A stretch of DNA of 64,000 bases from assembly GCA_950097015.1 (NCBI GenBank), contig CATNEN010000033.1:3658001-3722000 (forward strand), in the 5' to 3' direction. Under the pieces are notes generated by a model, which was not told where the DNA came from, ran no database searches, and was given only the letters and a program-made list of their open reading frames with translations. The position numbers and the translations under genes were made by a program. This DNA is from Macrostomum hystrix (taxonomy: Eukaryota; Animalia; Platyhelminthes). Numbering within the stretch: position 1 is the first letter of the stretch; each line of letters starts with the position of its first letter. Shown piece by piece: positions 1-12,194 of this stretch.

Positions 1-205
1 AGGATACAGGGCACATACAGAGGATACAGGAGACACACAGAGGATACAGGAGACACACAGAGGATACAGGAGACACACAGAGGATACAGGAGACACAGAG
101 GATACAGGGGACACACAGGACACACACAGAGGATACAGGGGACACACAGGACACACAGGATACAGGACACATACAGAGGATACAGAATGAACACAGAGGA
201 CAAAG
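1..205. repeat. Degenerate ~20-bp tandem repeat (AGGATACAGGAGACACACAG), truncated by window start
   Basis: Repeated aggatacagg/gacacacag units visible directly. Confidence 0.9.
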
Positions 206-1156
206 GAATGAGGTTTCTTAAGTGTCTGAAATCCGAATAAAGCTAAAAGTGCAAATCAGAACCAGACTCCATGCAAACCTACCATGCGTTTGTTGGAGGC
301 ATCTGGGACACCAGAGAGCCAATTGAGGCCTGTGATCTACCACAGAAAAAAGGCAAGAGCTCAAACTAAGCTGCTTCCACCACTGAAGGCAATTGCTCAA
401 TAAAAGCAGGTAAATACTCGTAGGTGTGAGTTGCAGACATTTGCGCCAATCAGGCAGTCCACTGGCTGCACTGCTGTACGGGTGGCCACTCTGCTCTGAT
501 CATGGTCTCTGCTCATTGGGATGCGGGCATTGCGATAGGAAATTAACCTCATTTTGGATAGGTTCTGCTCAAAATCCGCCAACTCAGTTCAGTTGATTTC
601 AAAAGAGCTTTCAGTTGAGCTCTTGTTCAAAGACCGTCTTTTCACGGTTTTAATTCGCAGTCCCTCTGTTCCCGCTGGTGGCAGCCTGACACGGCTGGCT
701 TCCGACCTTGACCTTGGCTGGGTCAGCCGACTACTTCGAGTAGTGACCTACTTCAAACTGAGCTTTCTCTTACCGCCGATCGAATTCGGCTGATGAAGTT
801 CTTGCCATTGGAGTTCAACCCCCTCAACCTCATCCGATGGTTCGGCTCGTTACAAACTACGCGAAAAAGTGTACTTCAAAAACTTTACCAAGACTTTAAA
901 CCAAAATTTGAAAGAGGAAATGGCATGCGCAAAATTTTATTTGATTTACTGTGGTAAATTTACAGCACAAAACAATGAAAACTGAGAAATACACGAATAA
1001 AAAGCTTTTTGAATAAAAATAGTCGAATCACTTAGCTCTATTCATAAATGAAATGATGTAAACATATGATGCATCACGTAATGAGCGTGAAAGAGCACGG
1101 AATTATTGAAACTTTGGATTATGCTTGGATTCGAGGTGCAGGTTCACACTTGTGGC

Positions 1157-2050
1157 TGGGTGTACACCAAGTGTGGGCTGCTGCTGGCTGGGTGTACACC
1201 GAGTGTTGGCTGCTGGTGGCTGGGTGTACACCGAGTGTGGGCTGCTGGTGGCTGGGTGTACACCGAGTGTGGGCTGTTGGTGGGTGTACACCGAGTGTGG
1301 GCTGCTGGTGGCTGGGTGTACACCGAGTTTGGGCTTCTGGTGGCTGGGTGTACACCGAGTGTGGGCTGCTGGTGGCTGGGTGTACACCGAGTGTGGGCTG
1401 TTGGTGGGTGTACACCGAGTGTGGGCTGCTGGTGGCTGGGTGTACACCGAGTTTGGGCTTCTGGTGGCTGGGTGTACACCGAGTGTGGGCTGCTGGTGGC
1501 TGTGTGTACACCGAGTGTGGGCTGTTGGTGGGTGTACACCGAGTGTGGGCTGTTGGTGGGTGTACACCGAGTGTGGGCTGCTGGTGGCTGGGTGTACACC
1601 GAGTTTGGGCTTCTGGTGGCTGGGTGTACACCGAGTGTGGGCTGCTGGTGGCTGGGTGTACACCGAGTGTGGGCTGTTGGTGGGTGTACACCGAGTGTGG
1701 GCTGCTGGTGGCTGGGTGTACACCGAGTGTGGGCTGTTGGTGGGTGTACACCGAGTTTGGGCTTCTGGTGGCTGGGTGTACACCGAGTGTGGGCTGCTGG
1801 TGGCTGGGTGAACACCGAGTTGGGCTTCTGGTGGCTGGGTGTACACCGAGTGTGGGCTGTTGGTGGGTGTACACCGAGTGTGGGCTGCTGGTGGCTGTGT
1901 GTACACCGAGTTTGGGCTTCTGGTGGCTGGGTGTACACCGAGTGTCGGCTGCTGGTGGCTGGGTGTACACCGAGTGTGGGCTTCTGGTGGCTGGGTGTAC
2001 ACCGAGTGTGGGCTGTTGGTGGGTGTACACCGAGTGTGGGCTGCTGGTGC
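1157..2050. repeat. Minisatellite of 32-bp (GTGTACACCGAGTGTGGGCTGCTGGTGGCTGG) and 28-bp variant units
   Basis: Direct inspection; explains the six overlapping repetitive ORFs at 1066-2231. Confidence 0.95.
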
Positions 2051-2080
2051 GTGGGTGTACATTGGGGTGCTGGCGGGTGG

Positions 2081-2392
2081 GAGTGGCAGAGCGGTTAACG
2101 CATTTGCCTCTCGCACCAATGTCGATTTCAGCTCGATTCCGCAACGAGGCCACATTCATTTGGGGCTTGCCGTGCAGTTTACGCCCTTGAGGGCCAACCT
2201 CCAAGGCACAGTGAGAGTGTACACTGCATGACGATGAGAAAGTCAGGGCAGATGTACACGTGCGGCATCTGTGCGCGTCTGTGCTCAGGAGTCAGCGAAA
2301 TGGGCAGAACTGCCTCCTCGCTGGCTGTAGGTCCAGTATCACCGAATGATGTGCCATTGCACACAGCCCTCCTGCATTTTTATATTGGTTTT
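2081..2392 (+). mobile_element. tRNA-derived SINE-like element, copy 1
   Basis: A-box-like TGGCAGAGCGG and B-box-like GAGCTCGATTCC; 2083-2244 matches 42743-42935 (-); T-rich tail; flanked by direct repeat TGCTGGCGGGTGG (2068-2080, 2393-2405). Confidence 0.7.
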
Positions 2393-3402
2393 TGCTGGCG
2401 GGTGGATGTACATTGGGGTGCTGGCGGATGGGTGTTCATTGGGGTGCTGGCGGGTGGGTGTACATTGGGGTTCTGGCGGGTGGGTGTTCATTGGGGTTCT
2501 GGCGGGTGGATGTTCATTGGGGTTCTGGCGGGTGGGTGTTCATTGGGGTGCTGGCGGGTGGGTGTTCATTGGGGTGCTGGCAGGTGGGTGTTCATTGGGG
2601 TGCTGGCAGGTGGGTGTTCATTGGGGTGCAGGCGGTTGGGTGTTCATTGGGGTGCAGGCGGTTGGGTGTTCATTGGGGTGCTGGCGGGTGGATGTTCATT
2701 GGGGTGCAGGCGGTTGGGTGTTCATTGGGGTGCTGGCAGGTGGGTGTTCATTGGGGTGCTGGCAGGTGGGTGTTCATTGGGGTGCAGGCGGTTGGGTGTT
2801 CATTGGGGTGCAGGCGGTTGGGTGTTCATTGGGGTGCTGGCGGGTGGATGTTCATTGGGGTGCTGGCAGGTGGGTGTTCATTGGGGTGCAGGCGGTTGGG
2901 TGTTCATTGGGGTGCTGGCAGGTGGGTGTTCATTGGGGTGCAGGCGGTTGGGTGTTCATTGGGGTGCTGGCAGGTGGGTGTTCATTGGGGTGCAGGCGGT
3001 TGGGTGTTCATTGGGGTGCTGGCAGGTGGGTGTTCATTGGGGTGCAGGCGGTTGGGTGTTCATTTGGGTGCTGGCAGGTGGGTGTTCATTGGGGTGCTGG
3101 CGGGTGGGTGTTCATTGGGGTGCTGGCGGGTGGGTGTTCATTGGGGTGCTGGCGGGTGGGTGTTCATTGGGGTGCTGGCAGGTGGGTGTTCATTGGGGTG
3201 CTGGCGGGTGGGTGTTCATTGGGGTGCTGGCGGGTGGGTGTTCATTGGGGTGCTGGCGGGTGGGTGTTCATTGGGGTGCTGGCAGGTGGGTGTTCATTGG
3301 GGTGCTGGCGGGTGGGTGTTCATTGGGGTGCTGGCGGGTGGGTGTTCATTGGGGTGCTGGCGGGTGGGTGTTCATTGGGGTGCTGTCGGGTGGGTGTACA
3401 TT
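2393..3402. repeat. 26-bp G-rich minisatellite (GGGTGTTCATTGGGGTGCTGGCGGGT)
   Basis: Direct inspection; explains ORFs 2228-3462. Confidence 0.95.
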
Positions 3403-3750
3403 GATAGCAAATATTTAAATTTTATTAAACCAATAATAACGCATAAACCAAAACCAAAATGAAAGTATGTCGTCATTTTGAATCGATACGAAAACCGATG
3501 GACTAAGGAAGGCGTTTAAAAAGTAAAATAAAGGCCACAGCGGGTATTTAGAGATGGCGAGATTCTGAAGCAATTGAATTGCTGGATAATAGGTAAGCAG
3601 TAACGAAAGTCACGGCATTGGGTAAAGTATAGAGTGGCATCCAAAATGTAAAAAAAACACAGAAAAAATGGTTTGGCTACTTCATTAACTTATTGGCGCT
3701 GAAAATGAGCCAGAAAATCAATCACCAAACATACAGACTTTCTATAAGCC

Positions 3751-6318
3751 TCATTCAACAAAGAAACTGCAGTCCTGCGAGCTAGAGTGCAGCTCAAACA
3801 CCAGCAACAGCTGGCTAAAGTCGGGACCGCCGTTGCGCAGGCAGCGCAGTTTGACCGCAGCCCGGCGGCCAATCAGCTGATCCAAGCTGGCCAGGCGCGG
3901 ACGGCCGAGCCGGGGCAGACTGGACAAGGCGGAGGAACCTGCGGCTTGCATGGAGACAGGGATTGAGCGCTGCTGCTGCTGCTGTTGCGGACTCAGCGGG
4001 TCGCAAACCTTAGGCAAGAAAAAAGGAGAATAAAAACAATGCTGGTAAGAACACACAGTTGCCATTATCAGACACAGTTGCCATTATCACACACACAGTT
4101 GCCATTGTCAGACACACAGTTGCCATTATCACACACACAGTTGCCATTGTCAGACACACAGTTGCCATTATCACACACACAGTTGCCATTGTCAGACACA
4201 CAGTTGCCATTATCAGACACACAGTTGACATTATCACACACACAGTTGCCATTATCACACACACAGTTTCCATTATCAGACACACAGTTGCCATTATCAC
4301 ACACACAGTTGCCATTATCACACACACAGTTGCCATTATCAGACACACAGTTGCCATTATCAGACACACAGTTTCCATTGTCAGACAAAGTTGCCATTAT
4401 CACACACACAGTTGCCATTATCACACACACAGTTGCCATTATCAGACACAGTTGCCATTATCACACACACAGTTGCCATTGTCAGACACACAGTTGCCAT
4501 TATCACACACACAGTTGCCATTGTCAGACACACAGTTGCCATTATCAGACACACAGTTGACATTATCAGACACACAGTTGACATTATCAGACACACAGTT
4601 GCCATTATCACACACACAGTTGCCATTGTCAGACACACAGTTGCCATTATCAGACACACAGTTGCCATTATCAGACACACAGTTGACATTATCAGACACA
4701 CAGTTGCCATTGTCAGACACACAGTTGACATTATCAGACACACAGTTGACATTATCAGACACACAGTTGCCATTATCAGACACACAGTTGACATTATCAG
4801 ACACACAGTTGCCATTATCAGACACACAGTTGCCATTGTCAGACACACAGTTGCCATTATCACACACACAGTTGCCATTATCAGACACACAGTTGCCATT
4901 ATCAGACACACAGTTTCCATTATCAGACAAAGTTGCCATTATCACACACACAGTTGCCATTATCACACACACAGTTGCCATTATCACACACACAGTTTCC
5001 ATTATCAGACACACAGTTGCCATTATCACACACACAGTTGCCATTATCACACACACAGTTTCCATTATCAGACACACAGTTGCCATTATCACACACACAG
5101 TTTCCATTGTCAGACACACAGTTGCCATTATCACACACACAGTTGCCATTATCAGACACACAGTTGCCATTATCAGACACACAGTTTCCATTATCAGACA
5201 AAGTTGCCATTATCACACACACAGTTGCCATTATCACACACACAGTTGCCATTATCACACACACAGTTTCCATTATCAGACACACAGTTGCCATTATCAC
5301 ACACACAGTTGCCATTATCACACACACAGTTTCCATTATCAGACACACAGTTGCCATTATCACACACACAGTTGCCATTATCAGACACACAGTTGCCATT
5401 ATCAGACACACAGTTTCCATTATCAGACAAAGTTGCCATTATCACACACACAGTTGCCATTATCACACACACAGTTGCCATTATCACACACACAGTTGCC
5501 ATTATCACACACACAGTTGCCATTATCACACACACAGTTGCCATTATCAGACACACAGTTGCCATTATCAGACACACAGTTGCCATTATCACACACACAG
5601 TTGCCATTATCAGACACACAGTTGCCATTGTCAGACACACAGTTGCCATTATCAGACACACAGTTGCCATTATCAGACACACAGTTGCCATTATCAGACA
5701 CACAGCTGCCATTATCACACACACAGTTTCCATTATCAGACAAAGTTGCCATTATCACACACACAGTTGCCATTATCAGACACACAGTTGCCATTGTCAG
5801 ACACACAGTTGCCATTATCAGACACACAGTTGCCATTATCAGACACACAGCTGCCATTATCAGACACACAGCTGCCATTATCAGACACAGTTTCCAATAC
5901 ACCGGAAATGAGTTCTTACTTGAAACTCCAACGCGAGTACATCGCCAAACAGGTTCCCGCCGCAGCGCTGGAACCTTCCAAACAGCAGGCCAGGCCAGTT
6001 CGCACAGGTCGGCAGCGAGGCCAGCAACTGCGGAGTCACAAACAACGCGGCCTGGCTGAAGTCGCTGGTGTCGATGTTGCCGGCGAGGCCGCGAAAGAAG
6101 GTCGCCCAACCAAGGACATCGGTCAGGCGGGCGCAGTCGAGCCGATGTCGTGGCCAGTCTGCCCGCTGACAGTCGCGGCTGCAGTACAAGGCGTTTCTGC
6201 ACCTACTGCAGAGCTGGCAATGGCACAGAGCTGAGCAGTTCAGGCAGGGCAGGAAGCCGGGCCGCGACAGGTCGTCGGGCTCCTGCTGCTGCTGCTGCTG
6301 CTGGTGTTTGGCAGCTTC
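3751..6318 (-). CDS. MYND zinc-finger protein, ZMYND15/MSS51-like; partial, 5' exon(s) not resolved
   Basis: Exons complement(5920..6318) and (3751..4008) with phase-0 junctions ctccag|GAA, CAA|gtaaga and cctaag|GTT; MYND motif CLNC...CSRCRNALYCSRDCQRADWPRHRLDC. Family assignment is from recalled motifs. Confidence 0.7.
4051..5895. repeat. 21-bp minisatellite (GACACACAGTTGCCATTATCA) filling the MYND-gene intron, with occasional 19-bp units
   Basis: Direct inspection; 7-aa periodicity in the spurious ORFs. Confidence 0.95.
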
Positions 6319-6464
6319 CTGGAGAACGCACAAGTACGCAATATTTGAGGAGTACAAATAAATTCAATAAATAAATTGGGAACTTCGGGATAATGTACTA
6401 TTAGTGTCCTGGTGGTGTGTACTAACTAGAGGAATTTACCTTCAATATGCGGTCTAATCAATCC

Positions 6465-7195
6465 CTAGGAATCCACCATGGGAAATCCTACTCCGTGGAA
6501 ACGCCATGGGAAATCACTCCCTCTGAATACGCCATGGGAAATCCCTCCCCTGGAATACACCATGGGAAATCCCTCCCCTGGAATACACCATGGGAAATCC
6601 TACTCCGTGGAAACGCCATGGGAAATCCCTCCCTCTGAATACGCCATGGGAAATCCCTCCCCTGGAATACACCATGGGAAATCCCTCCCCTGGAATACAC
6701 CATGGGAAATCCTACTCCGTGGAAACGCCATGGGAAATCCCTCCCCTGGAATACACCATGGGAAATTCCTCCCCTGGAATACACCATGGGAAATTCCTCC
6801 CCTGGAATACACCATGGGAAATCCTACTCCGTGGAAACGCCATGGGAAATCCCTCCCCTGGAATACACCATGGGAAATCCCACCCTTGGAATACGCCATG
6901 GGAAATCCCTCCCCTGGAATACGCCATGGGAAATCCCTCCCCTGGAATACGTCATGGGAAATCCCTCCCCTGGAATACGCCATGGGAAATCCCTCCCCTG
7001 GAATACGCCATCGGATATCCGACTCCGTGGACATCAACTTCACTTCATAATATCGATCTGTCACCCACTTCACTCAATTTTATCGATCTGCCACCCACTC
7101 CACTTCATTTTATCGATCTGCCACCCACTACACTATACGCCATGGGAAATCCCACTCCTAATATACTACATGGGAAATCCTACCCCGGTGATTGA
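6465..7195. repeat. 28-bp minisatellite (CCATGGGAAATCCCTCCCCTGGAATACA) with three unit variants, degenerate after ~7020
   Basis: Direct inspection. Confidence 0.92.
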
Positions 7196-7604
7196 TATGG
7201 GGTATCCCACTGTTTATCTGATCTAAGCTTAATATATAAATTCTTTGATGAGCAGATCGAATCAGGAAAAAAAAATTCTTGAAAAAAGGCAAGCTGCGAC
7301 AGCGTGTTTTTGTCTCACCAGATGTATAAAAGTCTCCCTAGAAAAGCTTTTATTATTTCAGCAAAGCAGCATCGAAAGGATGCGCGCCGATAGCTCCCAG
7401 TCCTGTCCATGAAAAGATGGCCAACAAAAAACTGTAACGACAAAAGAGAAACAGAAAATTCAGCCGACTTCATCGAGGCAGTGACAACAAATTCATGGGA
7501 ACACACAAAAGCATTAGGTTTCATTATATATGTTATAAAACACCGGACATTATATACTCGTACGTAACTATAGAAACCGGCTTAGAGAAGGAAAATTTGG
7601 ATTT

Positions 7605-8225
7605 CGAGCTGACAGGAATTGGGATCTCAACCTACAGGAATTGGGATCTTAACCGAACAGGAATTGGGATCTTAACCGAACAGGAATTTGGATCTCAACT
7701 TACAGGAATTTGGATCTCAGCCTACAGGAATTGGGATCTTAACTTACAGGAATTTGGATCTCAACCTACAGGAATTGGGATCTTAACTTACAGGAAGTGG
7801 GATCTCAACCTACAGGAATTGGGATCTTAACCGAACAGGAATTGGGATCTCAACTTACAGGAATTGGGATCTTAACCGAACAGGAATTGGGATCTCAACC
7901 TACAGGAATTGGGATCTTAACCGAACAGGAATTGGGATCTCAACTTACAGGAATTGGGATCTTAACCGAACAGGAATTGGGATCTCAACTTTCAGGAATT
8001 GGGATATCAACCTACAGGAATTGGGATCTCAACTTACAGGAATTGGGATCTCAACCTACAGGAATTGGGATCTCAACCTACAGGAAGTTGGGATCTCAAC
8101 CTACAGGAGTTGGGATCTCAACCTACAGGAGTTGGGATCTCAATCTACAGGAGTTGGGATCTCAACCTACAGGAAGTGGGATCTCAACCTACAGGAAGTT
8201 GGGATCTCATCCTGCAGGAATGGGG
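7605..8225. repeat. 22-23-bp minisatellite (AGGAATTGGGATCTCAACCTAC)
   Basis: Direct inspection. Confidence 0.92.
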
Positions 8226-8874
8226 AATTCAAACTATTAGGAAGTGAACTTTTATCAGCTGTAACTTCTCTACCTAGTAATTTACGTGAGATGAAACTCA
8301 ATAAAACTAAATTAACAGGTCGGGCCAGGCGGTTAATTAACAGGGCTCACGGCAGGTTAAGCAGTGAGCACGCAGTATTTACATGCAAATTAAGATTGGG
8401 ATAAACAGGACAACAAGCGGTGGGAGAACATGTGAAAAAAATAAATCGACCACTTGCGCCCTGGCGACAGTGGCGGGTGAAGCAACAACAGGCCTGCCTC
8501 CGAATACCCCACAATGCGACGCTTGACAATTGAAACCCCAGTAGATAAATGCGACACAGACAAGCATATTATTGTTAGTAGTATGTATACACTAACAGTA
8601 CAGGAATAAGCTTCAAGACATTAACAAGCTAATGGGAAATCGCTTTGAAATGAATTGTCTTTAATTTAAATGATAAAAACTAGAACAACACAGAGCTAGT
8701 TTCAGCAAAGAATTTTATTGCTATCAGATAATTAGAACAGTGTGATTATGAGTTTTCTTCATTATTAGTACATAGCTTATTAAAAACAACTAATTGCTGG
8801 AGCCAGGAAACAATTTTTACTTCAGATAGCGGCCGCTGTTGTCTTTCCGCATTGGTAGAACCCGCGGACCAGCA

Positions 8875-11800
8875 TCAGTTTGTGAAGATTTCTATGTAGC
8901 GAGAGCCTGCGATTTGGGAGTCGAATGTGGGAAAATTGTTACTATTTGTTTGGGAATTTTAGTAGATGGGAATCGGCATTTCTTAATAGACGGGCGATGG
9001 GATATTTTATTGAAGGGATTAGGGATTTTTATTGACGGGCGATGGGAAATTTATTAGACGGGATTAGGGATTTTTATAGACGGACGATGGGATATTTCAT
9101 TGAAGGAATTAGGGGATTTTTATTGACGGGCGATGGGAAATTTATTAGACGGGATTAAGGATTTTTATTGACGGTCGATAGGATATTGCATTGAAGGGAT
9201 TCGGGATTTTTATTGACGGTCGATAGGATATTGCATTGAAGGGATTCGGGATTTCTATTGACGGGCGACAGGATATTGCATTGAAGGGATTAGGGATTTT
9301 TATTGACGGGCGATAGGATATTTAATAAACGGGATTAGATACTTTTTAACACTCTTGCGATGCTTACATGTTGTATATTAAATAGAAGGAATAGGGATTT
9401 TAATAGGCGAGGTTGGGATTTTTAAATAGACGGGTTTGCCAAAGTTTTTAATGGGTGAGGATAGGTAATTCTGGAGTTTTGTACAGTACACTAGTTGAGA
9501 ATAGCACTTGAAACTCACCGATAACCTTGCCATTGTACTCCGCAGCCTCGCGAACCTCGTCGGCCGACTGAAAGAAGGCATCGGCCTCACCAGAGCTCCG
9601 CCCACTGGCGTCCCTGCCAATCTGAATCCGGACTGGCCGCAGCGGCGCGAAGAATTCTTGAATTTCGGGCTCGCCAGCCGACCAGGGCAGGCCGCGCAGG
9701 TGCACGCGGAAGCCGTCGCCAACGCCAGGCCCGACGCCGCCGCGGTAGCCGCCGGCGCCGCCTCCGCCGTGATGCGGCGGCCCCTGCTGCATGAGGTGAG
9801 GCGGTCCGCTGCGAGCCTTGTGCAGGAACAAATCCACGTACCGGCTGCCCAGGTGCTGCTTGTTCTTCTCCATGGCCCGCCGGCAGTCGGCCTCCGACTC
9901 AAAGTCGACTTCGGCTTCGCCGCTAGGCCGGCCGTCCGGATTGTAGCGAATCTCAACGTGAGCTGCGTTGAGGGGCGAGAAGAACTCGCGAATGTCGGCC
10001 TCAGTGGCCGAGTATGGCAGGCCGCGCATGTGCACCCAGAAGCCGGTGGTCGAGGCCCAGTTGCTGCCCGGCATGCCGCCGCCACCGCCGCCGCCGCCGC
10101 CCCCGCCGTAGTCACGACGCATGCCAGCGCCTGGGCCGCCGCCGTAGGGACTCGGCCTGGGTCCACCGTAGCCAGGGCCACCAGGGCCGCGGACGCCGCC
10201 TCGCATCGAACCGCCGCCGCTAGCCATGGCGCCTGAATAGTCGCCCATCGGAGCGCCGTAGTCGTAGCCGTAGCCGCCGCCGCCGCCGCCGCCGCCTCCG
10301 CCATAGCCACCATGGCCATAGTAGTCGCCGTAGGGAGCCGGGCCACCAGACGCGTAGGGGTCTCCTGAAAATAAAGATCAGGTAAAACTGATTCTGGAGG
10401 GTCGTGAGCCAAAGCTGAATATTAGGAGGGTCGGGAGTCAAACCTGAAGATTAGGAGGGTCGGGAGCCAAAACCTGAAGATTTGGAGAGTCGGGAGCCAA
10501 ACCTGAAGATTTGGAGGGTCGGAGCCAAAACCTGAAGATTTGGAGGGTCGGGAGCCAAACCTGAAGATTTGGAGAGTCGGGAGCCAAAACCTAAAGATTT
10601 GGAGGGTCGGGAGCCAAAACCTAAAGATTTGGAGGGTCGGGAGCCAAAACCTGAAGATTTGGAGGGTCGGGAGCCAAAACCTAAAGATTTGGAGAGTCGG
10701 GAGCCAAACCTGAAGATTTGGAGGGTCGGGAGCCAAAACCGAAAAATTTGGAGGGTCGGGAGCCAAAACCTGAAGATTTGGAGAGTCGGGAGCCAAACCT
10801 GAAGATTTGGAGGGTCGGGAGCCAAAACCTAAAGATTTGGAGGGTCGGGAGCCAAAACCTGAAGATTTGGAGGGTCGGGAGCCAAACCTGAAGATTTGGA
10901 GGGTCGGGAGCCAAAACCTAAAGATTTGGAGAGTCGGGAGCCAAACCTGAAGATTTGGAGAGTCGGGAGCCAAACCTGAAGATTTGGAGGGTCGGAGCCA
11001 AAACCTGAAGATTTGGAGGGTCGGGAGCCAAAACCTGAAGATTTGGAGGTCGGGAGCCAAAACCTGAAGATTTGGAGGGTCGGGAGCCAAAACCTGAAGA
11101 TTTGGAGGGGTCGGGAGCAAAACATGAAGATTTAGAGGGTCCGGAGCCAAAACCTGAAGATTTGGAGGGGTCGGGAGCCGAACCTGAAGATTTGGATGTG
11201 TTGGCAGCCAAACCTGAAGATTTGGAGGGGTCGGGAGCCAAACCTGAAGATTTGGAGGGTCGGGAGCCAAACCTGAAGATTTGGATGTGTTGGCAGCCAA
11301 ACCTGAAGATTTGGAGGGGTCGGGAGCCAAACCTGAAGATTTGGAGGGTCGGGAGCCAAACCTGAAGATTTGGAGGGTCAGGAGCCAAACCTGAAGATTT
11401 AGAGTGGTCGGGAGCCAAACATGAAGATTTTTAGAGGGTTCTGCCAGAATTTGCCAGCAGTTAAACTGAAGGTGTGAAAAACATGCAAAGATCATCAGCA
11501 AGCGACCGAAGGACTCACCGCCACTAGCCAGCATCTGCTGCCTATTGGCCTCAGCGTAGGCCTCGGCCATGGAGCTGGGGAACAGCTCAATGTAGCGGCT
11601 GCCCATGTTCTGCCGATTGCAGCTACTCAAAGCGTTGCTGGCGGTCTCTGGTGCGTCGAACTGCACGTAGGCCTCGCCGCTGGGCCGGCCGTCCTGATTG
11701 TACACCATCAAGATGCCGTCCTTCACCACGTGATGACCCCGAAAGAATTCCCTGATGCTGTCAAAGTCGGCGGAGAACGGCAGGCCGCGCATGCGCAGCA

Positions 11801-12194
11801 CCGGCTCGCGGTTTTGCCCGCCGTAGCCTGGCTGCTGGGGCCGGCCGGCCACGGCTGCGCCAGCGCCTCCGGGCACGCCGGCTCCGGGGACGGCCCGGCC
11901 GAGCTCGGCCTCGCTGGACTCGAACAGTTCAACGTATCGTCGGCCCATGTGCTGCCTATCGTGCTTCATAGCGGTCGCGGCGTCGTCGGGTGTTTCAAAG
12001 ACAACGTAGGCCTCGCCAGAGGGCCGGCCCAGCTGGTCGCGAGTCATATGGATGCCCCGCTCGCCCCGGCTGATGCTGCAGTCGTCAAAGAATTTCAAAA
12101 TGTCACCGGCTGTTGAGTCGAATGGCAGGCCGCGCATCCGAATGACACAGGTGGGGCCGCCGCCGGAGGAATTGTTGGCATTGTTGTAGCGCAT
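8875..12194 (-). CDS. HNRNPF/H: hnRNP F/H (glorund/GRSF1 family) RNA-binding protein with four qRRMs, 517 aa
   Basis: join complement(11519..12194, 9519..10364, 8875..8906) = 1554 nt, all GT-AG and phase-consistent; four RGLP[FYW]...GEA...G.RY[VI][ED][LI]F qRRMs plus GY-rich linker; 3' splice site ttttcag 8 nt before the ATG. Confidence 0.93.
8985..9345. repeat. Degenerate ~45-bp tandem repeat in the last intron of hnRNP F/H
   Basis: Recurrent gattagggatttttattgacgggcga units. Confidence 0.8.
10395..11440. repeat. 29-30-bp minisatellite (GGGTCGGGAGCCAAAACCTGAAGATTTGGA) filling an hnRNP F/H intron
   Basis: Direct inspection; produces the repetitive tail of ORF 10422..12368. Confidence 0.95.

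Noticed and set aside
630-650. Minus-strand CCGTGAAAAGACGGTCT hairpin resembling the 5' end of a flatworm spliced leader as I recall it
   Set aside because: The match is only ~14 nt; no ATG|GT at the expected distance and no Sm site follow.
2225-2245. CTGACGA...GAAA in the SINE body as a hammerhead ribozyme core
   Set aside because: Only 3 nt separate the motifs, so stem II cannot form; copy 1 has ATGACGA; I could not build stems I and III.
1066-3462. Long ORFs of 230-400 aa in several frames
   Set aside because: They are translations of stop-free minisatellites, open on both strands; no splice or domain support.
4059-6234. ORFs of 430-670 aa
   Set aside because: They are the 21-bp intronic array read in different frames.
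6415-6470. 25-nt micro-exon (TTCCTAG|...GAAG|GTAAAT, minus strand) as an upstream MYND coding exon
   Set aside because: In the phase needed to join 6318 it contains an in-frame TGA; it could only be UTR.
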